Sequence record: DRR378314_606
Length of the DNA: 64,000 bases
Strand: one strand, 5' to 3'
Under the pieces are notes generated by a model. The model was not told the origin of the DNA and ran no database searches. It was given only the letters and a program-made list of their open reading frames with translations. This document shows positions 27,087 to 38,900 of this stretch, piece after piece (the first letter of the stretch is position 1; every line of letters starts with the position of its first letter). The position numbers and the translations under genes were made by a program.

Positions 27087-29444
27087 ATGGTCCTATTTAA
27101 ACATATCCTTTGTGGTTTAATGATGGTATTTCTGGGCGGTACTTCGTTGGCCCAAAATACCTTTCAAAATCCTATTCAAAAGAGGGGGCGACTGGGGTCT
27201 CCCTTGGTAGAAACCTCCCCTTTTGTTTTTGGGGACAATCTTTACATCTTGGAGAATAACCAGCGGTTTTGGGACATTCCAGGGACCAAGCCAGGGGATT
27301 ATTTTCATGAGGATGAGGTACGTATCAGGGAGGTGGAATCCGGCAATATTGTTTCAGAGCCATTAAAGAACCACGGGTTCGGTACCGCTCTGGTTTGGAA
27401 CGATCGTGTTTATGTTTTTGCCGGTAACTACGGAGAGGGCAAGCCTTGGCGGCATATTACAGAGATTACTATGACAAGTTCTTCAGATCTAAAAAATTGG
27501 ACCAAACCCCAAGTGGTACTGCGGGCGGCCGAGGGAGAATTTTTTTTTAACACAGCAGTCTGCCGGGGCAAAAATGAGTTTATTCTACTTTATGAAACCA
27601 ATGATAAGCGCTGGAAGCCGTTTACCTTCAGGTATATGAAATCGACCGACCTTACAAAATGGGAAGCAATTCCCGAAGCCCTGTATGGTGTGGATAAATA
27701 TGTGGGCGGCCCTGCCCTATATTACGAAGGGGACTGGTATTATACACTTTATTTGGAGGCTTTGAAGCCTGGATATGAAACCCGAATTACACGCTCCAAA
27801 GATTTGGTTCATTGGGAGGATGCACCGGCTGGGAGACCTTTTATAAGCTTTGACCCTACCCATAAAAATATTCCTTTAATAGACCCAAGTATTAGTGAAA
27901 GTAATGCTTCCGATGTTGAACTATGCTATTTTGAAGGGCGAACTATTCTTTATTTTACAGGAAGTGACCAGACTTCAGCCGGAGATTTACAATGGGCAAC
28001 CTATGATGGGGCACCCGGACAATTATTTGAGCATTTTTTTAAAAAAACCGATGAAGATTCCTCAGAGCCCCCAGAACATGAAGGGGATTGGACTCCGGTT
28101 CTGATATCGCCCCAGAACAATCTGGAGAATACCAAAGCTTCCAATAAAGGGATACGCAGAAAACCTACTCCCCAGCAATTAGACTATCAAGAAAGACAGA
28201 TGGGTGCTTTTGTTCACTTTGGTCCAGCTACGTATATAGCATCGGATTTTATGAGTGTGCCGGCTGCGGATCTTTTTAATCCGTCGCAACTAAATGCGGA
28301 ACAATGGGTAAAGACGGCCAAATCCTTTGGGGCAAAACACATTGTTTTAACTGCCAAACACCATAATGGGTATTGTTTATGGCCCACGAAAACCACTGAT
28401 TACTCTGTTAAAAAATCACCATGGAAAAATGGTAAGGGAGATGTTGTTGCGGAATTTGTTGAGGCCTGTAGGAACAATGATATTAAAATTGGACTATATA
28501 TATCTGGAGGGGATAAACATTTTGGGGTCACCAGTACTCCCGATCCCCAAGGGGAAAGAAAGTTGGTAGGTGATATTCACCAATACTTCCCTGTATTTCT
28601 GGAACAATTGAGGGAATTGTTGACCAACTATGGTGAAGTATCTTATGTGTGGTTTGATGGTGCCTATGACCCTTTCGGCTGGGATGTTATGGATCCCAAA
28701 ACCATGAAGCCATTAGGTACCGCTTATGGCGATGCCATTAGAACTATGGTGGAACATTTGCAGCCCAATGCTTTGGTCATGGGAGGTACAAAACCAGATG
28801 TGCGATGGTCGGGCAGCGAGCAAGGTTGGGCTGCCTATCCGCTTTGGAATGTTCTGGAGCCCGGGGAGGGATTTGACCACTGGGTAGGGCCCCAAAATGC
28901 CGGTTGGATACCCGCGGAGGCCAATATACATCCTAGAGAGAAGTGGTTTTGGACCCCTAATTCCGATAGTACTTTAAGGAGTTTGGATTACTTAAGAAAA
29001 GTATATCTGGAAACCATAGGAAGAGGGTCCAATATCCTTATCAATATGACACCGGATACCAATGGATTAATTCCTGAACCGGAAGTGCAACGATTAAAGG
29101 AATTGGGTGTGGTGATAGACAAGGTGTATTCCAACCCCATGGGCAGGGCAGAAGCAACAGATCTTTCACAGGAAAGTGAAATTTTCATAAATCTCCCAAA
29201 AAAGAAAACCATGAACCTTTTGGTAATTGAAGAACAACTTCGGTTAGGGCAATTTATAAAGGAGTACAATGTGGAAGCCTATATTAAGGGGAAATGGGTA
29301 AGTATTGCAAAAGGACAAAGTGTTGGAAGGAAACGAATTCAGACCTTTGAAAAAATCAGAACAAATAAACTTAGGCTATCCTATAAGAGCGTGGAAGATA
29401 AAGGTGCTATTCGAAGCTTTACCGTTTATGATGCTGATTTTTAA
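27087..29444 (+). CDS. GH29 alpha-L-fucosidase with an N-terminal beta-propeller domain
   Basis: C-terminal half has AFVHFGP, LTAKHHNGYCLWPT, QLRELLTNYG and WFDGA (nucleophile). N-terminal ~320 aa has three SxDLxxW repeats. Confidence 0.85.
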   Translation: MVLFKHILCGLMMVFLGGTSLAQNTFQNPIQKRGRLGSPLVETSPFVFGDNLYILENNQRFWDIPGTKPGDYFHEDEVRIREVESGNIVSEPLKNHGFGTALVWNDRVYVFAGNYGEGKPWRHITEITMTSSSDLKNWTKPQVVLRAAEGEFFFNTAVCRGKNEFILLYETNDKRWKPFTFRYMKSTDLTKWEAIPEALYGVDKYVGGPALYYEGDWYYTLYLEALKPGYETRITRSKDLVHWEDAPAGRPFISFDPTHKNIPLIDPSISESNASDVELCYFEGRTILYFTGSDQTSAGDLQWATYDGAPGQLFEHFFKKTDEDSSEPPEHEGDWTPVLISPQNNLENTKASNKGIRRKPTPQQLDYQERQMGAFVHFGPATYIASDFMSVPAADLFNPSQLNAEQWVKTAKSFGAKHIVLTAKHHNGYCLWPTKTTDYSVKKSPWKNGKGDVVAEFVEACRNNDIKIGLYISGGDKHFGVTSTPDPQGERKLVGDIHQYFPVFLEQLRELLTNYGEVSYVWFDGAYDPFGWDVMDPKTMKPLGTAYGDAIRTMVEHLQPNALVMGGTKPDVRWSGSEQGWAAYPLWNVLEPGEGFDHWVGPQNAGWIPAEANIHPREKWFWTPNSDSTLRSLDYLRKVYLETIGRGSNILINMTPDTNGLIPEPEVQRLKELGVVIDKVYSNPMGRAEATDLSQESEIFINLPKKKTMNLLVIEEQLRLGQFIKEYNVEAYIKGKWVSIAKGQSVGRKRIQTFEKIRTNKLRLSYKSVEDKGAIRSFTVYDADF

Positions 29445-29691
29445 TTGGTTTATTTAATGGTGAAAAAATCTAAAGAGTACCGTATTTTCAACATAAAAAG
29501 GTTTTTTCATAAAATTATCCCATTCTTATTCACCGTGTATCTATTCGATTTACGAAGGAAGAAATTAAAGAGGTTCCGTTAGAAGGGCATACAGTTTTGG
29601 CTGGTTCTTTAATTTTTGTAAGACCTTAAGTCAAAATCAAATATATTTTTTGTTTCCTATATTAGTGGTCTTATTTAAACCATCATTCTTT

Positions 29692-31302
29692 ATGAAAGCA
29701 CTATCATTATTCTCGTTGGCTGCTCTTTGTCTTTTGTGTTTGCACAGCTGTGCAGAGAAAGAAGAGCAGAAGCCACTGAAGCCCAACTTCCTGTTTATCA
29801 TGTCCGATGATCATGCCTATCAGGCCATTAGTGCTTATAGTGATCATTTGATCCAAACCCCAAATATTGATCGTTTGGCCAAGGAGGGCATGTTGTTCAG
29901 AAATGCCAGTGTTACCAATTCTATCTGTGCACCCTCCAGGGCCACTATACTTACCGGAAAACATACCCATATTAATGGGAAAATAGATAATCACAATCCC
30001 TTTGATACCACCCAGGTTACATTTCCGCAAATTTTTCAGAAGGCGGGGTACCAAACGGCCATGTTCGGGAAACTGCATTTTGGGAACAACCCCAAGGGAG
30101 TGGACGATTTTATGATCCTGCCAGGGCAGGGACATTATATTAACCCGGACTTTATTACCCAAAAGGGAGATACCACTATTACTGGCTATGTAACGGATAT
30201 CATTACAGATATGAGTTTGGAATGGTTGGATAAAAAACGCGATCCCAACAAGCCCTTCTTTTTAATGTATTTGCACAAAGCCCCGCACAGACCTTGGTGG
30301 CCAAGGGCAGATAAGTTTAAGGAGTACACCCAAAAAACCTTTCCCCTGCCGGAAACTTTATTCGACGATTACGCTAACAGGGGCACTGCGGCCAAAACGG
30401 CTGAAATGAATCTTTTATATCATATGCAGTATAGCCATGATAGCAAGATTTGGCCCGAAACTCTGGAATCTATGGGAGGTGCGGAGCCGTTTGTAGAAGG
30501 TTCTCAGGCAGATGTTTACAACGAATTCAATCGTGGAAATGAAGAACAAAGGCAGGAATACAAGCCCATTATCGATGCCATTAACCAAGATTTCAGGGAA
30601 AAATGGCCGACTATGACGGACGAGGAAAAAATGATATGGAAATACCAGCGGTATATGCAGGACTATTTGGGAAGTATTTCCTCTGTGGATGACAATGTGG
30701 GCAGGGTACTGGATTACTTGGACGAGAATGGCTTGGCCGAAAATACCATAGTGGTCTACACCTCAGACCAAGGGTTCTATTTAGGGGAGCATGGTTGGTT
30801 CGACAAGCGCTTTATTTACGATGAGTCCTTTAAGACTCCCTTGTTGATCCGTTGGCCCAATGAAATTAAACCGGGAACTACAGAGGAGGAAATGGTACAG
30901 AATCTGGATTTTGCCCAAACCTTTTTGGAGGCGGCCCAAATCACCGCACCGGAAGATATGCAGGGGGAAAGCCTTATGCCATTGTTAAAAGGAAAATCTG
31001 ACCAATGGAATCGGGAAGCCGTTTATTACCATTATTATGAATATCCCAGTGTGCATATGGTGAAACGCCACTACGGCATAGTTACCAAGGAATATAAATT
31101 GGCCCATTTTTATTACGATGTGGATGAATGGGAATTATATGATCGCAAAAAAGATCCAAAGGAATTGAACAATGTTTATGATGATCCGGAATATGCGGAA
31201 ATCGTGAAAGAGCTCAAGGAAAAACTCGCCCAGCTTAGGGTAAAATATAAGGATTCCAAAGAGCTGGATGATAAGTATGTTGAACAGAGCAAGAAGTATT
31301 AG
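29692..31302 (+). CDS. S1 sulfatase lipoprotein
   Basis: Lipobox LHSC, PNFLFIMSDDH, SICAPSRATILTG, FGKLH, YTSDQGFYLGEHGWFDKRF. Confidence 0.93.
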   Translation: MKALSLFSLAALCLLCLHSCAEKEEQKPLKPNFLFIMSDDHAYQAISAYSDHLIQTPNIDRLAKEGMLFRNASVTNSICAPSRATILTGKHTHINGKIDNHNPFDTTQVTFPQIFQKAGYQTAMFGKLHFGNNPKGVDDFMILPGQGHYINPDFITQKGDTTITGYVTDIITDMSLEWLDKKRDPNKPFFLMYLHKAPHRPWWPRADKFKEYTQKTFPLPETLFDDYANRGTAAKTAEMNLLYHMQYSHDSKIWPETLESMGGAEPFVEGSQADVYNEFNRGNEEQRQEYKPIIDAINQDFREKWPTMTDEEKMIWKYQRYMQDYLGSISSVDDNVGRVLDYLDENGLAENTIVVYTSDQGFYLGEHGWFDKRFIYDESFKTPLLIRWPNEIKPGTTEEEMVQNLDFAQTFLEAAQITAPEDMQGESLMPLLKGKSDQWNREAVYYHYYEYPSVHMVKRHYGIVTKEYKLAHFYYDVDEWELYDRKKDPKELNNVYDDPEYAEIVKELKEKLAQLRVKYKDSKELDDKYVEQSKKY

Positions 31303-31325
31303 AAACACTCATTTAGGGCACTATT

Positions 31326-31362
31326 AAAAATTAGGCGGGGTATAATCCCGCCCAATTTTTTT
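31326..31362 (+). terminator. Intrinsic terminator
   Basis: AAAAATTAGGCGGG...CCCGCCCAATTTTTTT. Confidence 0.7.
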
Positions 31363-31545
31363 GTTAAATGGCTTATTCATTGTTACATAAGAAATTGGTT
31401 GGTAGGGCAAAGATAACTGTTGAAGATTTTCATTAAAATGGTTGTGGGGATGTTTTAAAGCCAAAATCAGGTTATATTCGGGCCTATTTTACGATTTTCT
31501 TAATTCATGCCCTTATTCCTTATCATTTTTAGTTTATATTGTTTT

Positions 31546-34500
31546 ATGCGATTTTTTAATGTAAGAACAACCCCCCTATTCGTTTTTATTTTTTGCACAA
31601 CGATCGGTTTTGCTCAAAATGCAACTTCTAATTCCGATAATTCTACGATTAAAATTTGGAATAATTCCTCTGCAGCTAGCCAAAATAACCCAAAAAGTGC
31701 TCTAATCCATCCAGAAAGAAAATACAAATTACAGCAAATAGATAATTCCCTCGGCCTATCAAACAGTTCCATCAATGCAATTTTTCAAGATTCGGACAAC
31801 TTGCTTTGGATTGGGACCTGGGATGGCTTAAATCGCTATGACGGGAGTAAATTCAAAATATTTCGCCCTGAATTGAATAATGAGAATAGCTTAAGTAATC
31901 AGGTAATACTTAATATTCTTGAGGACAAGACGGGTCAAATATGGGTGTCGACCATTCATGGAATAAATAGTTATGATAAGAGAACAAATACCTTTAGGCG
32001 TTTTTATTTTTCAAGAATAAACAACCCTCCAGTCTCGGAATCAGAATTTACGATTGCTTTGGATTCCTCCAAAACAGTATTCTGTGCAATAAAGGACTGG
32101 GGTATAGGCTACTTTTTCGAGGATGGTTTTATACAATTGAATTCTTTTAATCTTCCCTCCGAGGCGGTTAAAAAGATGGTGTTCACACCTTCAGGGGATC
32201 TACTTCTTCTATATGACAATAGTGAATTGTACCAATTGGAAATAACTCCCGGGGAAAATGCTCAAAAAAGGATATCAAATAGTGAGTTGGTTGCTGAAAA
32301 TGTAAATGGGTTCGAAATCCTACAAAATGAAAAGTTATGTATTATTTCAAAGACAGGTGAGATGGACATTTTCTCATTGTTGGATCAAGGATCGGTTGAA
32401 GTTGATGAAAGGAATGTTAAAAACATAATAGGATCTATATCCGAGGGACTCCTACTGTCCAATAAATCGGAGTTTTTAATTATTGATAGTTTAGGGAAAA
32501 GAGTAAATCTTCCTTGGCAAAAATATCTTAAAGAGCAAAAGATAACTACTATCTTTCAAGGTAATGAAAACGTTATTTGGGTAGGTACCGATGGGGAGGG
32601 TATTTTTAAGTTATATCCGCTCAGAAAATCCTTTCATTTAGTTACCAAGTCGCAAGTTCCGGAATTCAGTGATGGTATTATTAGAACATTTACAGAGTCT
32701 GAGGGAAATTCTTTTTGGATAGGCACTAAAGGAAAAGGATTGTTCCGCTTTCCTCCCCAATTTTATGAGAATTCAAATGAATCCTTGCCGTATGAAAATT
32801 ATAATCAAAATAATAGCGGGATCAACAATTCAGTTTATGCATTGCATAAAGGACAAGATGACTTAATTTTTATCGGAACGGATGGAGAGGGAATTGATGT
32901 TTTTGATTTGAAAAGGTCAAAACTTGTAAATTGGTCCCAAATCTTGCAGAGTAATCAGTGTGAATACTTTAAGTCGACCTATGCCATTTTTCAGGATAAA
33001 AATGGCTTTATATGGCTGGGTACCAATGGTTATGGAATGATTCGCCTAAAAATCCAACGCTTTGGAGATAAACTAAAGGTTTCTGAATTCAAGAAGTATG
33101 TCGCAGGGGAATATGAAGAAAACAGGCTAAGCAGTAATATTATTTTCTCAATACTTCCTAGGAACGACAGGGAACTATGGATAGGTACACGGTTAGGGGG
33201 GTTGAACCTTTTTAATAAGGAATCAGACTCATTCCAGGTTTTTAAGAATAAAAGGAACGAACTGCGCAGCCTATCCAATGATGATATTTTATGCCTCTAT
33301 AAAGATTTAAAAGATAATCTATGGGTAGGAACAAGTTTCGGGTTGAATTTATTGCAGGAAATAGGAAGTGATGGGGAAGCATATTTTAGACGTTATACCG
33401 TAAATGAAGGCCTGCCGAATAATACTATCCATGGAATTATTTCTGACAAAAAATCAAACCTCTGGATAAGCACTAATTATGGTCTTTCCAATTTTGTAGT
33501 CGATGAATCCAGATTTATCAATTTCACCGAAAATGAGGGTTTACAAAACAATGAGTTTGCGGATGGAGCCTTTTATAAAGGTGCCGACTCTGATTACGTA
33601 TTTATGGGGGGAATTAAAGGATTTAACTATTTTTTGCCTTCGGAAATAGAAGAAGATCCGTTTGTTCCCGACATTCTTATTGATAAAATAAGTGGTCAAA
33701 ATATGAAGGAGCCATACTATCAAAATCTGGTGGTCTCCCCAAACGGTAACAGCTTTCCATCTATTAATTTGGAGCACGATGAGAATTATTTCGACATAGA
33801 CATTGCAGCCCTAACCTTTATTCACAGTGAAAAATGCACATATGCCTATCAGCTTATAGGTTTTGACAACGAATGGGTGTACATCAACAACCGAAGAAAT
33901 ATTTCCTTTACGAATGTACCACCTGGTAAATATTCACTATTGTTAAAATGGACCAATAGCGATGGTATTTGGAGCAATCCCACAAAAGCAATAGATATTA
34001 AGATCGATCCCATTATTTGGCGAACAAATGTGGCATACGCTGTCTATTTGCTACTTTTCCTTCTATTGCTTGTTTTGATTTACAGTTACTATCAAAAAAA
34101 ACAATCTTTAAAACAAAATATTATCAATCAAAAAAGAGAAGAAGAAATTCATCAAAACCGTCTTACTTTCTTTACCAATGTAGCACACGAATTCCAAACT
34201 CCTTTGACTTTGATTACCGGACCTGTTCAAAAACTATCAGAAATGGTGGGTTTAAGTGAAAAGAACCAGAGGTTTATAAATATGATAGAAAGGAACTCAT
34301 CTAGATTACTCTTTTTAACACAACAATTACTCGAATTTAGAAAAGCGGAAAGCAATTATGTGGAGGTGCGAGTAAAGCAATTCGATCTAGTGAATTTAAT
34401 AGAGCAAATTGCCGAATTATTTGATGAATGGGCCATTCAGAAAAATATTGAATACGAATTGGAAATGCCATCCTTATTGCAGGGGTGGTTCGACAAGGAT

Positions 34501-35751
34501 AAAATTGAGAAGATCGTATTTAACCTTTTGTCCAATGCCTTTAAATATACTCCAGAAAATGGAAATATTAATCTAAAGTTATTTATTGAGGACGATTACG
34601 ATATTCTTAATATTATAGTATCCAATTCTGGAGAGGGTATTGCCAAAGAAAAATTGGAGCGCGTATTTACAAGATTTGTATTGTTGGATGAGAGTAAGGA
34701 TACGGATACCGATAAGTTTAGGACTGGGATAGGATTGGCATATGTAAAAAGTTTGGTGACAGTTTTGAAAGGTGAGATTACGGTTACGAGCGAAGTCAAG
34801 AAAGAGACCTCATTTAAGGTTTTGCTTCCCTGTAACAAGGGGAGCTTTAAGGATACTGAATTGGAAGAGCATTCCGGGCAGGTAAATATATCCTATCACC
34901 TAAAAAACATTTTGGAAGATGGATCTGGCAATTCTGAAGATATTTCAAATAAATTAACGTCACTTGATGTTCTTCAAAATAAACGTAAAATTGTTTTGAT
35001 TGTTGAGGACGAAAAAGATGTAAGGGTATTTTTAAAAGAGCTATTGATAGATAAATATAATGTTCTAACAGCCAATAATGGGGCCGAGGCCTTGGAATTA
35101 ATGAAAAAGGAAATGCCAGATCTGATTATAAGTGACCTTATGATGCCGGAAATGGATGGAATGGAATTATGTAAAAAAATAAGGAACAACAACCTTACAT
35201 GTCATATTCCTTTTATTATGCTTACATCCAAAAATTCTGTCATTCATAGTATTGAAGGATTGGAAAGTGGAGCAAATTCATATATTCCCAAACCCTTTCA
35301 TCCAGATTATTTGCAGGTGAAAGTTCAAAATCTCCTGGAAGAAAAGGAGGTGATGCTAAAATATCTATCCAAGGAAACACCAATGGATAGCTTTACGAAT
35401 GTTTTAGAGCATGATGAACATAAGGACTTCATGAAAAAGGTTTTGAAAATTATTCATAACAATATAGAAAATGAAAACCTTCAAAGTTTGTTCATAGAGA
35501 AAGAATTAGGAATTAGTAGTTCACAGCTCTATAGAAAAATTAAATATATATACGGCTTTTCTCCCGGGGACCTTATACGAACCGTAAGATTAAAACATGC
35601 GGCGGCGCTCTTGAGAAAAAATACACTTACGGTCTCGGAGGTTTGCTATCAATCCGGGTTCAACAACCGTTCCTATTTTTATAGGGAATTTAAGAAAATG
35701 TATAGTATCACTCCAAAAAATTATCAGCTTAAGGCTATGTCTAGTTTGTAG
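31546..35751 (+). CDS. Hybrid two-component system sensor/regulator (HTCS)
   Basis: Periplasmic Reg_prop repeats (LWIGT.DGL), Y_Y_Y domain, TM helix, HisKA FFTNVAHEFQTPLTLI, HATPase NLLSNAFKY/GIGL, REC SDLMMP, and AraC SEVCYQSGFNNRSYFYREFKK. Start could be 31507 or 31546. Confidence 0.96.
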   Translation: MRFFNVRTTPLFVFIFCTTIGFAQNATSNSDNSTIKIWNNSSAASQNNPKSALIHPERKYKLQQIDNSLGLSNSSINAIFQDSDNLLWIGTWDGLNRYDGSKFKIFRPELNNENSLSNQVILNILEDKTGQIWVSTIHGINSYDKRTNTFRRFYFSRINNPPVSESEFTIALDSSKTVFCAIKDWGIGYFFEDGFIQLNSFNLPSEAVKKMVFTPSGDLLLLYDNSELYQLEITPGENAQKRISNSELVAENVNGFEILQNEKLCIISKTGEMDIFSLLDQGSVEVDERNVKNIIGSISEGLLLSNKSEFLIIDSLGKRVNLPWQKYLKEQKITTIFQGNENVIWVGTDGEGIFKLYPLRKSFHLVTKSQVPEFSDGIIRTFTESEGNSFWIGTKGKGLFRFPPQFYENSNESLPYENYNQNNSGINNSVYALHKGQDDLIFIGTDGEGIDVFDLKRSKLVNWSQILQSNQCEYFKSTYAIFQDKNGFIWLGTNGYGMIRLKIQRFGDKLKVSEFKKYVAGEYEENRLSSNIIFSILPRNDRELWIGTRLGGLNLFNKESDSFQVFKNKRNELRSLSNDDILCLYKDLKDNLWVGTSFGLNLLQEIGSDGEAYFRRYTVNEGLPNNTIHGIISDKKSNLWISTNYGLSNFVVDESRFINFTENEGLQNNEFADGAFYKGADSDYVFMGGIKGFNYFLPSEIEEDPFVPDILIDKISGQNMKEPYYQNLVVSPNGNSFPSINLEHDENYFDIDIAALTFIHSEKCTYAYQLIGFDNEWVYINNRRNISFTNVPPGKYSLLLKWTNSDGIWSNPTKAIDIKIDPIIWRTNVAYAVYLLLFLLLLVLIYSYYQKKQSLKQNIINQKREEEIHQNRLTFFTNVAHEFQTPLTLITGPVQKLSEMVGLSEKNQRFINMIERNSSRLLFLTQQLLEFRKAESNYVEVRVKQFDLVNLIEQIAELFDEWAIQKNIEYELEMPSLLQGWFDKDKIEKIVFNLLSNAFKYTPENGNINLKLFIEDDYDILNIIVSNSGEGIAKEKLERVFTRFVLLDESKDTDTDKFRTGIGLAYVKSLVTVLKGEITVTSEVKKETSFKVLLPCNKGSFKDTELEEHSGQVNISYHLKNILEDGSGNSEDISNKLTSLDVLQNKRKIVLIVEDEKDVRVFLKELLIDKYNVLTANNGAEALELMKKEMPDLIISDLMMPEMDGMELCKKIRNNNLTCHIPFIMLTSKNSVIHSIEGLESGANSYIPKPFHPDYLQVKVQNLLEEKEVMLKYLSKETPMDSFTNVLEHDEHKDFMKKVLKIIHNNIENENLQSLFIEKELGISSSQLYRKIKYIYGFSPGDLIRTVRLKHAAALLRKNTLTVSEVCYQSGFNNRSYFYREFKKMYSITPKNYQLKAMSSL

Positions 35752-35791
35752 AACATATGTAATCTTCTCATTTTAAACGTTTTACAATTTG

Positions 35792-35834
35792 GTGTACACT
35801 TTTGATTAAATAGTGTACACATTTTGGTGTACCC
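35792..35834 (+). promoter_or_regulatory. Candidate HTCS operator upstream of susC
   Basis: GTGTACAC at 35792 and 35813 (21-bp period), plus GTGTACCC at 35827. Confidence 0.65.
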
Positions 35835-35955
35835 TACTTCTAATTTTACTTCAACTTGAAACTGGCTATTTATAGGCAGGTTATAATTTATTCCGACTTG
35901 CTTTTAGGAGTAAAAAAAGTGCTCAACTTGATTAACCAAATTTAAAACAATTCTT

Positions 35956-38900
35956 ATGATGATGAAAAATTGTATTAGTAAGCTAACTTTTCTCGGAGCC
36001 ATTCTTTTTGGAAGCTCCCTGCTGGCACAAAACATTACCGGCGTCGTCTCGGATGATGAAGGTCCCCTGCCAGGGGTAAACGTAATTATAGAAGGAACCT
36101 CCATAGGAACTTCTACAGATTTTGACGGCAATTACACCATTTCGAATGTGGATACCAATGCGGTATTGTTGTTTAGCTATATAGGCTATAAGACCCAGGC
36201 GATTCCGGTCAATGGACAAACCCAAATTAATGTTACCATGTCCGTAGATGCAAATGCTTTGGATGAAGTTGTTCTTGTAGGGTATTCCACTTTAAAGAAA
36301 TCTACTTTAACCGGGGCAATTTCCGTAGTGGATGTGGATGATTTGAACAAAGCCAGAACCTCCAATGTTGCCCAAGCATTACAGGGGCAAGTTGCTGGGG
36401 TACAGGTTGCCTCCAGTAGCGGGGCCCCAGGTGGTGGGATTCAAGTTCGTATCCGTGGAGTAGGTACTATTGGAAATAACGATCCATTATATATTGTGGA
36501 TGGGGTACCGTCTCGGGATATTACCTTTTTGAACCAGTCCGATATAAAAACCATGTCGGTTTTAAAAGATGCTGCGGCTGCATCCATCTACGGTTCAAGG
36601 GCATCTGCTGGTGTTGTCCTGATTACCACTAAAAGTGGTTCAGCAGGAAAAATGAAGCTTGAGGCCGAGTACTGGTATGGTGTTCAATCCGCTTCAAACT
36701 TACCTACCATGCTCAATGCCGAACAATATATAAACACTACTGAGAAAGCTTGGAACAATACATATACCGGAGCAAATCCATATACTGCGGATAGGGGCAG
36801 GGCAGATTTTAGTGATACTGATTGGCTGGATGAACTCTTCGAGGGAGGAAGTTCCCAAAACCTACAGTTGTCTGCCAGCGGAGGTAGTGAAAATGTTCAA
36901 TTTTTGACATCCTTGGGATACTATGGGGAAAATGGTATAGTGGTTTATGATAATGACAAATTCCGAAGATTGAATTTTAGATCTAATATCAACGCCGACC
37001 TAACGGATAGATTAAAGATTGGGACCAATGTTCAATTGTCTTCATCAACCCAGGACAAAGTTCCTTCTACAGGAGAAAGTTTAATACGATTTGCGCTGTT
37101 AAGGGCTCCCGTAATACCCGTTTTTAAAGATGTAAATGATCCAACCTATTCCGAAAGAGATCCTTTTACCGATATGCCTTTCTTTACAGCTACCGGTTAT
37201 GATCAAGGATTGAACAGAACTATGTACGAAATGGTCGGAAATCCCATTGCGCAAGCTTATTTTTCAGATGACCAGACCAGAATATTCAAAACTTTCGGCA
37301 ACATATATGGCCAGTATTCTTTTTTAAAGGATAAAGAATTAACCTTTAGATCCAATGTAGGGGTAGACCTTACCTTTTTTCATGACAAAACATTTAATGA
37401 GAATTACGGAGATGATGATGGTGGTGGAAGTGCAATAGATCAAGGATTGGGAAGAAGGAACAGGCCCAATAATCTAAGTGAAAGAAGAGGGGAATCTTTG
37501 GCCCTAACTTTTAGTAATACCTTAAATTACAATAAGTCGTTCGGTGAAAAACACGACTTCAGTGCTATGGTCGGTACCGAATATGTTACACAAACAGAGT
37601 CGGACATCGTTGCCAGCAGGGCGCGTTTCCCATATTCCATAGACGAGTTTAGATATTTGTCCTATGGCGGTGAAGGCTTGGACGAAAATAACGCAGGTGC
37701 AGGTACGGAATCTGCTCTGTTCTCCTATTTTGGGTCTACTACATATTCCTATGACAATAAATACATGATAACCGCCAATTTGAGAGCGGACGCGTCATCA
37801 AGGTTTGCCGAAAATAATCGTTGGGGATATTTTCCATCGGTTTCTGGAGGTTGGACACTATCAAGGGAGGATTTTTTAAGCGAAGTAGATTGGCTATCCG
37901 ATTTAAAATTAAGAGCTAGTTGGGGTCAACTGGGGAATCAAAATATAGACAATTACACTTACGCTGAATTAATAGAACAAACGGAAGGCATTGTTAGAAA
38001 AGTACGCTATGGTAATCCCGATCTAAAATGGGAAACTACCACTCAGGCCAACTTTGGAATCGACTTGGGTCTTTTTAATAACAAAGTCGGTGTTACAGCG
38101 GAATATTTTGACAAAAGCACAACGGACATATTGTTACCTATAGGCTTACCTGGTTTCCTTGGCGATTTGCAGCCAACCATAGTCAATGCCGGTGAGGTGA
38201 GCAATAAGGGATTTGAATTTTCAGTCAATTTTAGAAATTCAGAACGAGAGTTTAAATATAATATCAACGCTAACCTTTCAACAGTAACAAATAATGTTGA
38301 AAAATTGCATCCAAATGTGCCCAATATAGTCAATAACGAATCCAGAACGGTAGTTGGTCAGCCTTTGGATGCTTATTACGGATATAGAATGGAAGGGATT
38401 TACCAGAATCAGGCAGAAATAGATAGTCATTTATTTTTGGAAGGGAATTCCAAACCAGGGGACATTAGGTTCAAGGATATTAATGGGGATGGGAAAATAA
38501 GTCCGGATTTTGATCGCGAATTTATAGGATCCTCTATCCCGGATCTTACCTATGGTATCTTCCTAACAGGAGAATACAAAGGATTTGACATGTCCATGCT
38601 TTTTCAGGGAGTAGAGGGTATTGACAGGTATAATGACGGGAAAAAGATCATAGATTTTGATACAAGGCCTTTTAATTACACTACGGCTATTTTAGGGGCT
38701 TGGGACGGAGAAGGCAGCACCAATAGTATTCCAAGGGTTGCTTTTGAGGATAATGGTAGTAGCAAGGTCTCAAGTATTTTTGTTGAAGACGCATCCTATT
38801 TCCGTTTGAAAAATATTGAAATTGGCTATACCATAGATGGCGTTCAAGGGTTTGACAGCGCACGACTTTATATATCCGGTAGAAATCTCCTTACCTCTAC

